The position numbers and the translations under genes were made by a program. A stretch of DNA of 40,018 bases from Chiloscyllium plagiosum (lineage: Eukaryota): positions 37,238,092 to 37,278,109 of the forward strand of contig NC_057726.1 in the NCBI RefSeq assembly GCF_004010195.1, read 5' to 3'. The notes beneath the pieces are model-generated. The model searched no databases and had not been told where the DNA came from. It saw only the letters and a list, made by a program, of their open reading frames with translations. This document shows, piece by piece, positions 24,601 to 36,600 of the stretch; positions within the stretch are counted from its first letter, which is position 1, and each line of letters begins with the position of its first letter.

Positions 24601-27600
24601 GAATTCATGTCATATTAGAATTGAGAAGTGTATCATGCTATTTCCTAGATATCATTCTCTTTTAACTACTTACCCTTGATTGTCAAACTAACAACTTTTT
24701 GTACAGGTATCTTTAAAGCTTCATGAATAACTTTGCAGACATAGGAAGCCCCATCATCTGTTTGAATGCCTTTGATGATAAGGAACGAAAGCAGATTAAA
24801 TGTCCCATCTTCATTTTGTTGAGGTGATCCTGTAACCGCTCTTGATGTAACATCAAGTTGGTTTTCACTGTCTTGTGAGCCACTTTTTAACCAAAAGATA
24901 GAATGATTTTTTGGATAAAAGTTTTTCATCTCACAAATGATTACTTTGTCTTCACCAGGTTCAATTACAATGTTTACAGTGTTCACTGAAACTGTAGGAG
25001 GTGCTACAAAGACACAAGGAAAAAGGATAAATATATTATTTTTATTAGCATTATTGGCATTACTTTACAATACATCATAACAATGTTAGCCAATGCAGCC
25101 CCTCAAACCTATTCTCCTATTTAATTAGTTCAGTGTTGGTCTGTGATTTAACTCCCAATTTATTCTTTGTCTCATATACCTCAATAATATTGCTCAATGA
25201 AAGTCCAGCTATCTCAGATTTAAAATTATTATTTTACTGAGTGCAAAAGTGAGCTAAAAATTCAATCATAATTTGCATGAAGTAGGATTTCCTAATTGGA
25301 CTTCTGAACAATCTGGCTCTGATTTTGGATAATACTCCCTCCCCCATCAGTGGAAATGACCTCTCCCTAGTGGTCATATCAATGCCCATGACATCTTGAA
25401 TTTTTGATGTTTGTATAATCTGTCTTTTGTAATTTATTGCTTGCAGCTCAGATCTTCTGACAAATACACTCAATACTCTCCCAAGACATCTGGTTTTCAC
25501 TTACAGCAGATACTAATGATTATGGATCACTTTTGGGTTTAATTAAACTGTAGATTCAACACCCATTCTTTACATATTTCAGTATTTAATAGCAAGTGGA
25601 GAAGAAATTTTGTTTAATTTGTTCAACACTTTTGATGGAAGTTATTGACCTCCAGGTGAACTCCACCGATACAGTCAAACTTGTTATTTCCAACATTTTC
25701 TATTTCTACTTTAAACTTCTAGCAGCTTCAGTACTTTCTTTTGGTTTAGTAAAAAGCATTCTCAGGTTGACAATTTTGAACTTGGATGGTCAAATGTCAG
25801 GCTTCAGTATTAAAGCTGTGTTCTGGAAATGGTGACAAAGCCAAGAATATTGTATTCTGGAAAACAGGTCATTTTGACTTATTGATTTATGTCCACGAGG
25901 TATGAAACTGCACTGTTCAGTTATTTGAAGAAAGGATCTACAATTGGCCATCAGGGATAGTAAATGCTTCACCCCAATAGTTCAGTTTGCTGAATGTAAA
26001 CAAAATCAATCCAACTCACATTATTGCTTCTGTTTTTTTTCTAACTTGCAAGACAGATTAGAGTAATTTTTCAGATATTGCACCGAAGCTAAATAAAATA
26101 TCTACTCTATCTCTTAAATAAGAAACACAATGGTCTGTATTTTGTGGCATCAGCAAAGCACCAGCATTCACCTTTGACTTTCATGAAAGTTATGCACAAA
26201 AATCTTCCAATTTCTGTGGCAATTTCCTTTTCCAAGGTCAGTTTTATTGTTGGTACCAAGCCAAAGTGTCTCAAAGCATCAAGCAACAGTGGATGTGATC
26301 GATTTGGATTTCCAGAAGGCCTTTGACAAGGTGCTGCATAGGAGGCTGCTAAATAAGGTAAGGACCAAAGGTGTTGGAGACAAGGTCCTGGCATGGGCAG
26401 AGGATTAGCTGACTGGCAAAAAGTAGAGTAGAGATAAAAGGGTCTTTTCTAGCAGGGCAGGCAGTGATTAGTAGAGTTCTGCAGAGGTCAATGTTGGTAT
26501 CACAACCATTCATGTTATACATTAATGATCTGGTTGAAGAAACTGAGGGCACTGTTGCTTAGTTTGCAAATGACACAAAGATAGTTGGAGGGACAGGCAG
26601 TGTTGAGGAAGCAGGGAGGCTTCCGAAAGAGTTGAGGAGAAAGTGACGACTGCAGATGCTGGAGATCAGAGCTGAAAATGTGTTGCTGGAAAAGCGCAGC
26701 AGGTCAGGCAGCATCTAAGGAACAGGAGAATCGACGTTTCGGGCATAAGCCCTTCTTCAGGAATGAGGAAAGTGTGCCCAGCAGGCTAAGATAAAAGGTA
26801 GGAAGGAGGGACTTAGGGAGGGGCGTTGGAAATGCGATAGGTGGAAGGAGGTCAAGGTGAGGGTGATAGGCCGGAGTGGGGTGGGGGCGGAGACCGCCCC
26901 TCCAACCGCCACCAGGGCAGAACCCCACTGGTCCTCACCTACCACCCATCAACCTCCATATACAGCGTATCATCCTCCGTCATTTCCGCCACCTCCAAAC
27001 GGACCCCACCACCAGGGATATATTTCCCTCCCCTCCCCTATCAGCGTTCTGAAAAGACCACTCCCTCCGTGACTCCCTCGTCAGGTCCACACCCCCCACC
27101 AACCCAACCTCCACTCCCGGCACCTTCCCCTGCAACCGCAAGAAATGCAAAACTTGCGCCCACACCTCCCCCCTTACTTCCCTCCAAGGCCCCAAGGGAT
27201 ACTTCCATATCCGCCACAAATTCACCTGCACCTCCACACACATTATCTATTGCATCCGCTGCACCCGATGTGGCCTCCTCTATATTGGGGAGACAGGCCG
27301 CCTACTTGTCTCTCTGTATGTCAATGCTCCTAAGGATTCTGTCCTTTATTGCATAATTCACAGCTGAATTTGATCTTCCAAAATGCATCAACTTGCATTT
27401 GTTTGGATTAAACTCCATCTGCCATTTCTCTGCCCAAATCTGCAATCTATCTATATCCCACTGTATCCTTTGACAATCTTCTTCATGGTCTGCAACTCTA
27501 CCAATTTTGGTATCAATAAACAATATAGGCAATAGGTGCAGGAGTAGGCTATTTGGTCCTTTGAGCCAACACCACCATTCATTATGATCATGGCTGATCA

Positions 27601-30600
27601 TCCACAATCAGCATCCTGTTCCTGCCTTATTCCCATAACCCTTGATTTCACTATCTTTGAGAGCTCTCTTTCTTGAAAGTATCCAGAGACTTGCCCTCCA
27701 CTGCCTTCTGGGGCAGAGTATTCCATATATCCACCACTCTCTGGGTAAAGAAGTTTCTCCTCAACTCTGTTCTAAATGGCCTACCCCTTATTTTTAAACT
27801 GTATCATCTGGTTCTGGAAACATACTTCCTGCCTCCAGAGTGTCCAATCCTTTCATAATCCTGTACGGCTCAATCAGATCCCCTCTCATCCTTCTAAACT
27901 CAAGTGTCTACAAGCCCAGTTGCTCCAATCTTCCTACATATGATAGTCCCACAATTCTGGGAATTGACCTCGTGAACCTACGCTGCACTTCCTCAATAGC
28001 CAGAATTTCCTTCCTCAAATTTGGAGACCAAAACTGCACACAATACTCCAGGTGCAGTCTCACCAGGGACCTGTACTGCTGTAGAAGGACCTCTTTACTC
28101 CTATAGTTAATTCCTCTTGTTATGACGGCCAGCATGCCATTAGCTTTCTTCACTCCCTGCTGTACCTGCATGCTTGCTTTCATTGACTGATGAGTAAGAG
28201 CACTTAGATCTTGTTTTACTTCCCCTTTACCTAACTTGACCCCAATTAGATAGTAATCTGCCTTTCTGTTCTTGCCACCAAAGTGGATAACCACTGATTT
28301 ATCCACATTAAACTGCACCTGCAATGCATCTGTCCACTCACCTAGCCTATCCAAGTCACCCTGTATTCTCATAACATCCTCCTCACATTGCACCCTGCCA
28401 TCCAGCTTTGTGTCATCAGCAAATTTGCTAATATTACTTTTAATATATTGTAAACAGCTGCAATCCCAGCACTGAACCTTGTGGTGCCCTACTGGTCACC
28501 GCTGGTCATTCTGAAAAGGACCCGTTTATCACTGCTCTTTGCTTCCTGTCAGCCAACCAATTTTCAATCCAAGTCAGTATTTTGTCCCCAATACCATGTG
28601 TCCTAATTTTGCTCACTAATCTCCTATGTGGGACTTTATCAAAGGTTTTCTGAAAGTCCAGGTACACTACAAACACTGGGTCTTCCTTGTCCATCTTCAT
28701 GGTTACATTCTCAAAAAACTCTGGAAGATTAGTCAAGCACAATTTCCCCTTTGTAAATCCATGCTGACTCTGGCCTATCCTGTTACTGCTATCCAAATGA
28801 GTTGTTATTTCATCTTTTATAATTGACTCCAACATCTTTCCCACCACTGATGTCAGGCTAACAATTCCCTGTTTTCTTTCTCCCTCCTTTCTTGACAGGT
28901 GGGACAACATTTGCCACCCTCCAATCCATAGGAATTGATCCTGAATCTATAGAACATTGGAAAATGATTACCAATGTGTCCATGATTTCTAGTTAAGTAC
29001 CCTGGGATGCAGATCATCAGATCCCAGGAACTTATCAGCCTTCAGACCTAATAGTCGATCCCGCCTAATATAAATATAAATTCCCTTCAGTTCATCCATT
29101 ATCCTAGGTTCTTCAGCCACCAATACATCTGGGAGATTGCTTGTTGCTTCCTCAGTGAAGACAGATCCAAAGAACCTATTCAACTCTTCTGCCATTTCCT
29201 TGTTCCCCAGAATAAATTCACCCATTTCTGTCTTCAAGGGACCAATTTTAGTCTTAACCTTTTTTTTTCTATTCACATACCTAAAAAAACTCTTACTATC
29301 CTCCTTTATGTTTTTGGTCAGTTTGCCTTCGTACCTCACTTTTTTTCTCCACATATTGCCTTTTTAATTATCCATTGTTGCTCTTTAAAAAGTTTTCCAG
29401 TCCTTTGACTTCCCACTCATCTTTGCTATGTTATACTTCTTCTCTTTTATCTTTATACAGTGCTTAACTCATCCACAAACTTACTAATCAGACCACCTAC
29501 ATTTTCCTCCAGATCATTTACATATGCTTACATTTATTTACATAACAAGCATGTTAGCATTGATTTCAAGAGGGCTAGAATAAAAGAGGGACGTATTGCT
29601 GAGGATGTAAAAGGCTGTGGTCGTATCGTATTTGGAATATTGTGAGCTGTTTTGGGCCCGTATCTAAAGAGGTATGTGCTGGCCTTGGAGTCACTCCAGA
29701 ACAAGTTTACAAAACTGATCCCGGGGATGAAGGGCTTTCCATATGAGAAGCAGTTGAAGACCCTGGCTCTGTAATCAATGGAGTTTAGAAGGCTGAGGGG
29801 GGAATCTTATTGAAATTTACAGAATACTGAGATAACTGGAAAGAGTGGACATGGAGAAGATCTTTCCATTAGTAGGAGCGACTGGGACTCAAAGGCACAT
29901 GCTCAGGGAGAAGGGATTCCTTTAGAACTGAGATGAAGATGAAGTTCTTTAGCCAGAGGGTGGTGAATCAGTGGAATTTGTTGCTGCAGAATGCTGTGGA
30001 GGCCCAGTCATTGAGTCTATTTAGGAAAGTGATTAGAAAAGGGATCAAGGGTCATGGGGACAAGGCAAGAGAATAAGCTGAGAATTGTACCAGCCATGGT
30101 TGAATAGCAGAGCAAACTCGATGGGCCAAATAATCTAATTCTAGTCCCATATCTTATGGTGTTCATGGCAATGCCTCAACCAATTAGCACCCTTGTTCTC
30201 ATGCACTATAAGCTGTTTCAAAACAAAGATGCTGGAGATCTGAAACAAAAACAGGAACAAAAATTGCTCAAGAATAGCAGCAGGTCTGGCAGCATCTGTG
30301 GGAAGAAAGCAGAGTTAACATTTCAAGTCTGAACTGTGAGTAAATGTTTAAACAAAAATGGTATTTATGCGGTGGAGGGGTAAGCAGATAGATGGAGATG
30401 AAACCTAGAGAGAGAGAGAGAGAGATGTGAAAGGGGTAGATAAACAGGGAGATAATGGATAGCAGGCCGGGACAGCGGCATTATAATGTATACATTCCAT
30501 ATCAATGGTGTATTTTCTCTCTCTGGTTTGACAGTGCTTACATATAAAATTGTCATATTTCTATTTTAAAACAAAGCAGACAAGGCAATGTGCTGTCAGA

Positions 30601-33600
30601 TGCAAACTATAAGTCACAGCAAATGATTAGGTCTGAACCATAGCCTCAGATGGGCAAACCTTTCTGTGCCAGTTCCAATCTTTGCATTTGCTTTACGAGT
30701 CGTTATTATGACCACTTTGAGTCATCAGGCCTATTTTTATGGCCAGATTTAAATGTATGCACACTAGAAAGTAGGCTGGGAGCCTAAACATTCATCATTA
30801 TGACAAACATTACTTTGGTATTAAAAGACATTATCCAGCTAAAGACAACACTGCGTGGTTCTAGAACAAAACTTCTAATAGGATTGAAACACACAAAAAT
30901 AGTCTTGGTGGGTTATCTTCTCTTTTCTTGCCCACTGTGGGAGGGAGCACATCTCAGCTTCTATAGGGATCTCATCACAAGACACCAATCTTCCATGCAC
31001 CTCCCCAGCCCACATGGTGCTTAGTTTAATGTTGAAACTAGAACATAGAACATTGAACATAGAAGAATACAGCGCAGTACAGGCCCTTCGGCCCTCGATG
31101 TTGCGCCGATCCAAGCCCACCTAACCTACACTAGCCCACTATCCTCCATATGCCTATCCAGTGCCCACTTAAATGCCCATAATGAGGGAGAGTCCACCAC
31201 TGCTACTGGCAGGGCATTCCATGAACTCACGACTCGCTGAGTAAAGAACCTACCCCTAGCATCTGTCCTATACCTACCTCCCCTTAATTTAAAGCTATGC
31301 CCCCTTGTAACCATATGACAATGAAACCATCTGAATGGGACAGTGCTGAATGTTTAATTGGCAGCAATACAATATCTACAGTATAAATTTCTCCTGTCAC
31401 TAATGTTGCTGTGTTACAGTCAGCAGTACATTTTGGTGCCACTGAAATGGGTGTTGCTGTGGAGTTTACTGTTAGTACTAATTTCTGGAGCGTAAGGAGA
31501 AGGCTGAGTCTACTCAGTATGTAGACTGTAATTAGAAAACAGTTAGCTCTTAGTTTTGTATCTTACTGAGGCTTAGAGATAACCTGCAGTGCAATTTGTT
31601 TCAAAATGGAAAACATGTCTATAAAATCATCCTCCAAAAGCTGCACAAAATGTTGCATACTTGCATTTGTTATCTATTTGTTGGATTTGGAGTCAATAAC
31701 AATTCTATATTTTGGAGTAACCAAAGTTATTGTACCTTCGAGTGAAATGGCAGATGAAGTGAAGGAGTACAGAGTGGATGCTGAGTCGTTCACTAGTGCT
31801 ACAGCTGGACACGAATCCACGAAGTAAACATATCCACTTAAGTGGATGGTAGGGTGAGGGGGTTAAAGCAAGGAGCAATCCCTTAGCCTGAAAAGTGAGG
31901 CCTGAAGTGTCCTTGATATTAAATCTCTAATTTGCTATTTGACCCTATTTGCTATCCAGCTAATAAATTGTTGGACAGTACAAATGAGGTTGCAGTGGTA
32001 AATGGTGGAGAGCAGCGGGAAATAGCAGCCCCATATTCTTTGAATGCTCCCTTGTCCCTCCCACTCTGCATTCAAGTAATTATGTTTTTAAATCCTTACC
32101 TTGTTGGCTCCAGCTTTATCGAAAGTCCCTTTAAAGGACACTAAAGGTTATGAGCATACTTTTATTTTTTATTACATCTTATTAAAGAAGGCTTCAAAGT
32201 ACTTCACTGGGGGTCTCAGAGCACAGTCAGCAGCCAGCTGTCAGGATTATTATCTCAATACTGTACTACAGAGGAAGTTCTCTGAGATTCCCCCGAGTTC
32301 AGCCTGGAGCTGCTGAGCCACAGCACTGCAGATTCAGCAAAAAATTGTCAAATCTGGTAATGCTCGTCAAGAATTCAATATCCTTGGAAAGAAAGGATTC
32401 ATTTGTGTACAGAACCTGGACTGTTCTGTGCTGCTGTTTGTGTGATTGTACTAAGTCTTGTCTTCCCAAGCCCACTGTTTATTTTTGGTCAGAGAAAGTG
32501 TCCCTTTACAATTACTTTCAAAGGACATGCCTTTTAAAACTTTCAGCTCAAAACTCAGTTTCTAATTAACACTGACCAGCTTTTTATAATTTTTGACTTC
32601 CTAATCCATTCTTTAATTCTCTCCTGGTTTACCCCTCTCGTGCACTGTTGCTAATAGGTGGACTGTGTTCTAATTCTTTCTTCTCCTCTTCCAAATTAGT
32701 GGGTATATTGACGTGGAAAAAAATGTTCAGATGAAGGAAGGCTATTTAGCTTGTGAAAGGATATACCTTTTCATGGATGCATTAAACTTTGCTTCCCACT
32801 ATCCTGTAGAATGGACATTTGTTCATGCTCGGGACAGGAAAATACTTGGTACCCACCTGCAATGATGTGGCAGCACATTTTTCTTGCACCCAAGTTGACA
32901 GTTCACCAGGAAAGCTGTTGAAAANNNNNNNNNNNNNNNNNNNNNNNNNNNNNNNNNNNNNNNNNNNNNNNNNNNNNNNNNNNNNNNNNNNNNNNNNNNN
33001 NNNNNNNNNNNNNNNNNNNNNNNNNNNNNNNNNNNNNNNNNNNNNNNNNNNNNNNNNNNNNNNNNNNNNNNNNNNNNNNNNNNNNNNNNNNNNNNNNNNN
33101 NNNNNNNNNNNNNNNNNNNNNNNNNNNNNNNNNNNNNNNNNNNNNNNNNNNNNNNNNNNNNNNNNNNNNNNNNNNNNNNNNNNNNNNNNNNNNNNNNNNN
33201 NNNNNNNNNNNNNNNNNNNNNNNNNNNNNNNNNNNNNNNNNNNNNNNNNNNNNNNNNNNNNNNNNNNNNNNNNNNNNNNNNNNNNNNNNNNNNNNNNNNN
33301 NNNNNNNNNNNNNNNNNNNNNNNNNNNNNNNNNNNNNNNNNNNNNNNNNNNNNNNNNNNNNNNNNNNNNNNNNNNNNNNNNNNNNNNNNNNNNNNNNNNN
33401 NNNNNNNNNNNNNNNNNNNNNNNNNNNNNNNNNNNNNNNNNNNNNNNNNNNNNNNNNNNNNNNNNNNNNNNNNNNNNNNNNNNNNNNNNNNNNNNNNNNN
33501 NNNNNNNNNNNNNNNNNNNNNNNNNNNNNNNNNNNNNNNNNNNNNNNNNNNNNNNNNNNNNNNNNNNNNNNNNNNNNNNNNNNNNNNNNNNNNNNNNNNN

Positions 33601-36600
33601 NNNNNNNNNNNNNNNNNNNNNNNNNNNNNNNNNNNNNNNNNNNNNNNNNNNNNNNNNNNNNNNNNNNNNNNNNNNNNNNNNNNNNNNNNTTCTCTTGAAT
33701 CATCCTCGCAATCGTTTCTTCTACGTTTCTAGGACTATTGGGAGGCCTGTAAAAGACTCCTAACAGGGTGAGCTCACCTTTCCTATTCCTAACCTCAGCC
33801 CATACTACCTCAGATGGCGAGTCTTCATCCATCGTCCTTTCCACCTCTGTAATACTATCTTTGACAAGCAATGCCACACCTCCCCCTCTTTTACCCTCAC
33901 CTCTGACCCTACTAAAACATTTAAACGCTGGGACCTGCAACAGCCAATCCTGTCCCTGTTCTAGCCATGTCTCCGTAATAGCCACAACATCGAAGTCCCA
34001 GGTACCAACCCACGCTGCAAGTTCACCTACCTTATTTCGTATACTTCTTGCATTGAAGTATACACACTTCAAGCCACTTTCCTGTTTACAGGCACCCTCC
34101 TTTGAAATTGATGCCATGTTCCTAACCTCCCTACACTCCAGGTCCTGCACCCTAAAGCTACAGTCTGGATTCCCATGCCCCTGCAGAGTTAGTTTAAACC
34201 CCCCCAAGAGCACTAGCAAACCTCCCACCAAGGATACTGGTGCCCCTCAGGTTCAGGTGCAGACCATCCTGTTTATAGAGGTCCCACCTTCCCCAGAAAG
34301 AACCCCAGTTATCCAGTTAGTACAGTGATTTTCTTCCCTTAATAGTAGAAACAGCCTTGTGACTTACCAGTTTATGCCAAAGTTGACATTTTCCAATTTG
34401 AACTCAGTTTAATTTAGAATAGTTTTTCATAATTGAAAGAGCAATTTGTAGGAATACAACAACAATTCAGGAAGTACTGTAATGTGTTATTTCTATTTCT
34501 TTGTGCCACCTTTATTTGGAGTTTCTGAGCATGATTTCTCGATTAGGTTTGAACCATAAGCAGTCATGGATCGCACTCAAAATCCTTAAGGACTTTCAGG
34601 AGCTGTCAGGCAGAGGTGACTTTTAAACCTCTTAATGTAAGTTAGATTATATTCAAACCAGATTAGATCAAATTCAAACCCTGAGGTGACTGCTACTAAC
34701 TTAATGCTGTCAAACCTCTCTTTCATACTCTTTGATTTCTTTACAGTTATTCACCCTGAGATACTAAAATTTAACTTTTCTCATTCTGTCAATAGGCTGG
34801 TTTTTGAAGCTCTTTCATCTTCAGACAGTTTTTCTGTTTGATCTTCGCAGCTACCTATTTTTACACATCGTAGATAATTTATCAGTCTGCCAGCCAGAAT
34901 GGATCACTTTTGCCATTCAGCTTTATTTTGTTTCATATAAATTCCCTCCTCTATTAATTTATTTGGGCAGGAGTCTCCCTGTACATTACAAGTTTACTTT
35001 CCATAAACCAAACTTGTTCACTCACACATATAAGTATAATTTTTTCAGGCTCACTGCACAAAAGTGTGAAACCTGTTCCACTCCAGTCGCTCAGTAATTT
35101 TTAATTCTTTACCATCTTTTCCATAACATAAAGTTTTGACTGGCAATTCCTCACCAGCACATTGTAGTTAAGTCTAGTTTCCAACCTGAATTGTTCCCAC
35201 ATTAGAGCTTTACAAGAATGACCCTGGAAATGGAGGGCTTGTCATATGAGGAGCAGTTGAGGACTGTACTCGATGGAGTTTAGAAAGATAAGAGGGCTCT
35301 CGTTAACATTTACAGGATAGAGTGGACACGGAGAAGATGTTTCCACTAGTAAGAGAGACAAGGACCAGAGGGCCCAGACTCAGTGAAGGGACAACCCTTT
35401 AGAAGTGAGATGAGGACGAAATGCTGCAGCCAGAGGTTGGTGAATCTGCAGCACTCATTGCTGCAGAGGGCTTTGGCAACCAAGTATTTAAGGCAAAGAT
35501 AGATAGGTTCTTGATTAATGAGGGGATCAAAGATTATGGGGAGAAGATAGGAGAATGGGATTGAGAAACACATCAGCGATGATTGAATGGCAGTGCAGAC
35601 TCAGTGGGCTAAATGGCCTATTTTTCATATCTTACGGCCTTACAGAAACTCACCTGGTGGATATTTTGGCATCCAGAAATGTACCTTCTCCACTGAGGTA
35701 ACTTGAAGTGTTTTCAATTTGAGTTTGGAAGTGCTTTTCTTTCATCACTTCTTACTGACTGTTACATTAAAAACTGTGAATGGATCTCAACAAAATCATG
35801 GTCAAGATCTTTTAGTTTGATCAGGTGATGTCAAATTATTTGTCACTTTACATCAACCTGCTTCCAACTGACAGTATTCACATCTGTATAATTTTCTCAT
35901 CCTACGTTTTAAACTTCTCACCACTATGAATGCTTATCCACACCATTAATGTTTCCAGAGAAGACAGTAAGTAAAGGAAAACCTCCAGAGGTCCTAAAGG
36001 TTTACACTTTAGGCATTATTTTTCACTCACCTGTTACCGACAGAGTAACTTTCCCTGTGGCTTTGTCAGAAAATACTGTCACTGTGCAGGAGTATGACCC
36101 AATGTCGTAAATCGTAACATTTTTTAGGAGTAAAGAAGCATTTGCTTTGCTTATTTCATTTATAGAGAGACTTGATCCTGGTCTATAGCTTTCATATTCT
36201 CCAAAGTCAAACAAGCAAACAGTTTTTTCCTCATTTCCCACTCTATGGTTCCACTCAATGACAATGTATCTCAAATCAACTGCAACAGCGCGTGAAAACG
36301 TGCAGCCAAGGAGGACATCTTCCCCAAAGGTGGCACTGACAGCTGGTGTGAGCATCACCTCCAGTGAAACTGCAATAAAAATAATAGACATCAAAAGAGA
36401 GTAGGGTCGATACATAGTTTATTAATCATTAATTTTATTTGTCAGCATTCCAAGAAGGAACAAATGGCTAGCAGTTTCAGGACCCAGCAGCTGGGAAACT
36501 CATTGGGTCATGTTTCATTCTTATAGTTGCTACACTTCGGAGAAACACTTGCTTGGCTATAAGGCTTATTATTACACAGAGACCTGGGAAAAAGGCTGCA

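Noticed and set aside
3809-29354. Reverse transcriptase ORFs as a retron/DGR or other prokaryotic defence system; repeats as CRISPR
   Set aside because: The DNA is spliced vertebrate sequence, the RTs are decayed CR1 LINEs, and there is no repeat-spacer array.
32819-34231. 314-aa and 442-aa ORFs
   Set aside because: Artefacts of translating through the N gap; the real part is CR1 endonuclease.
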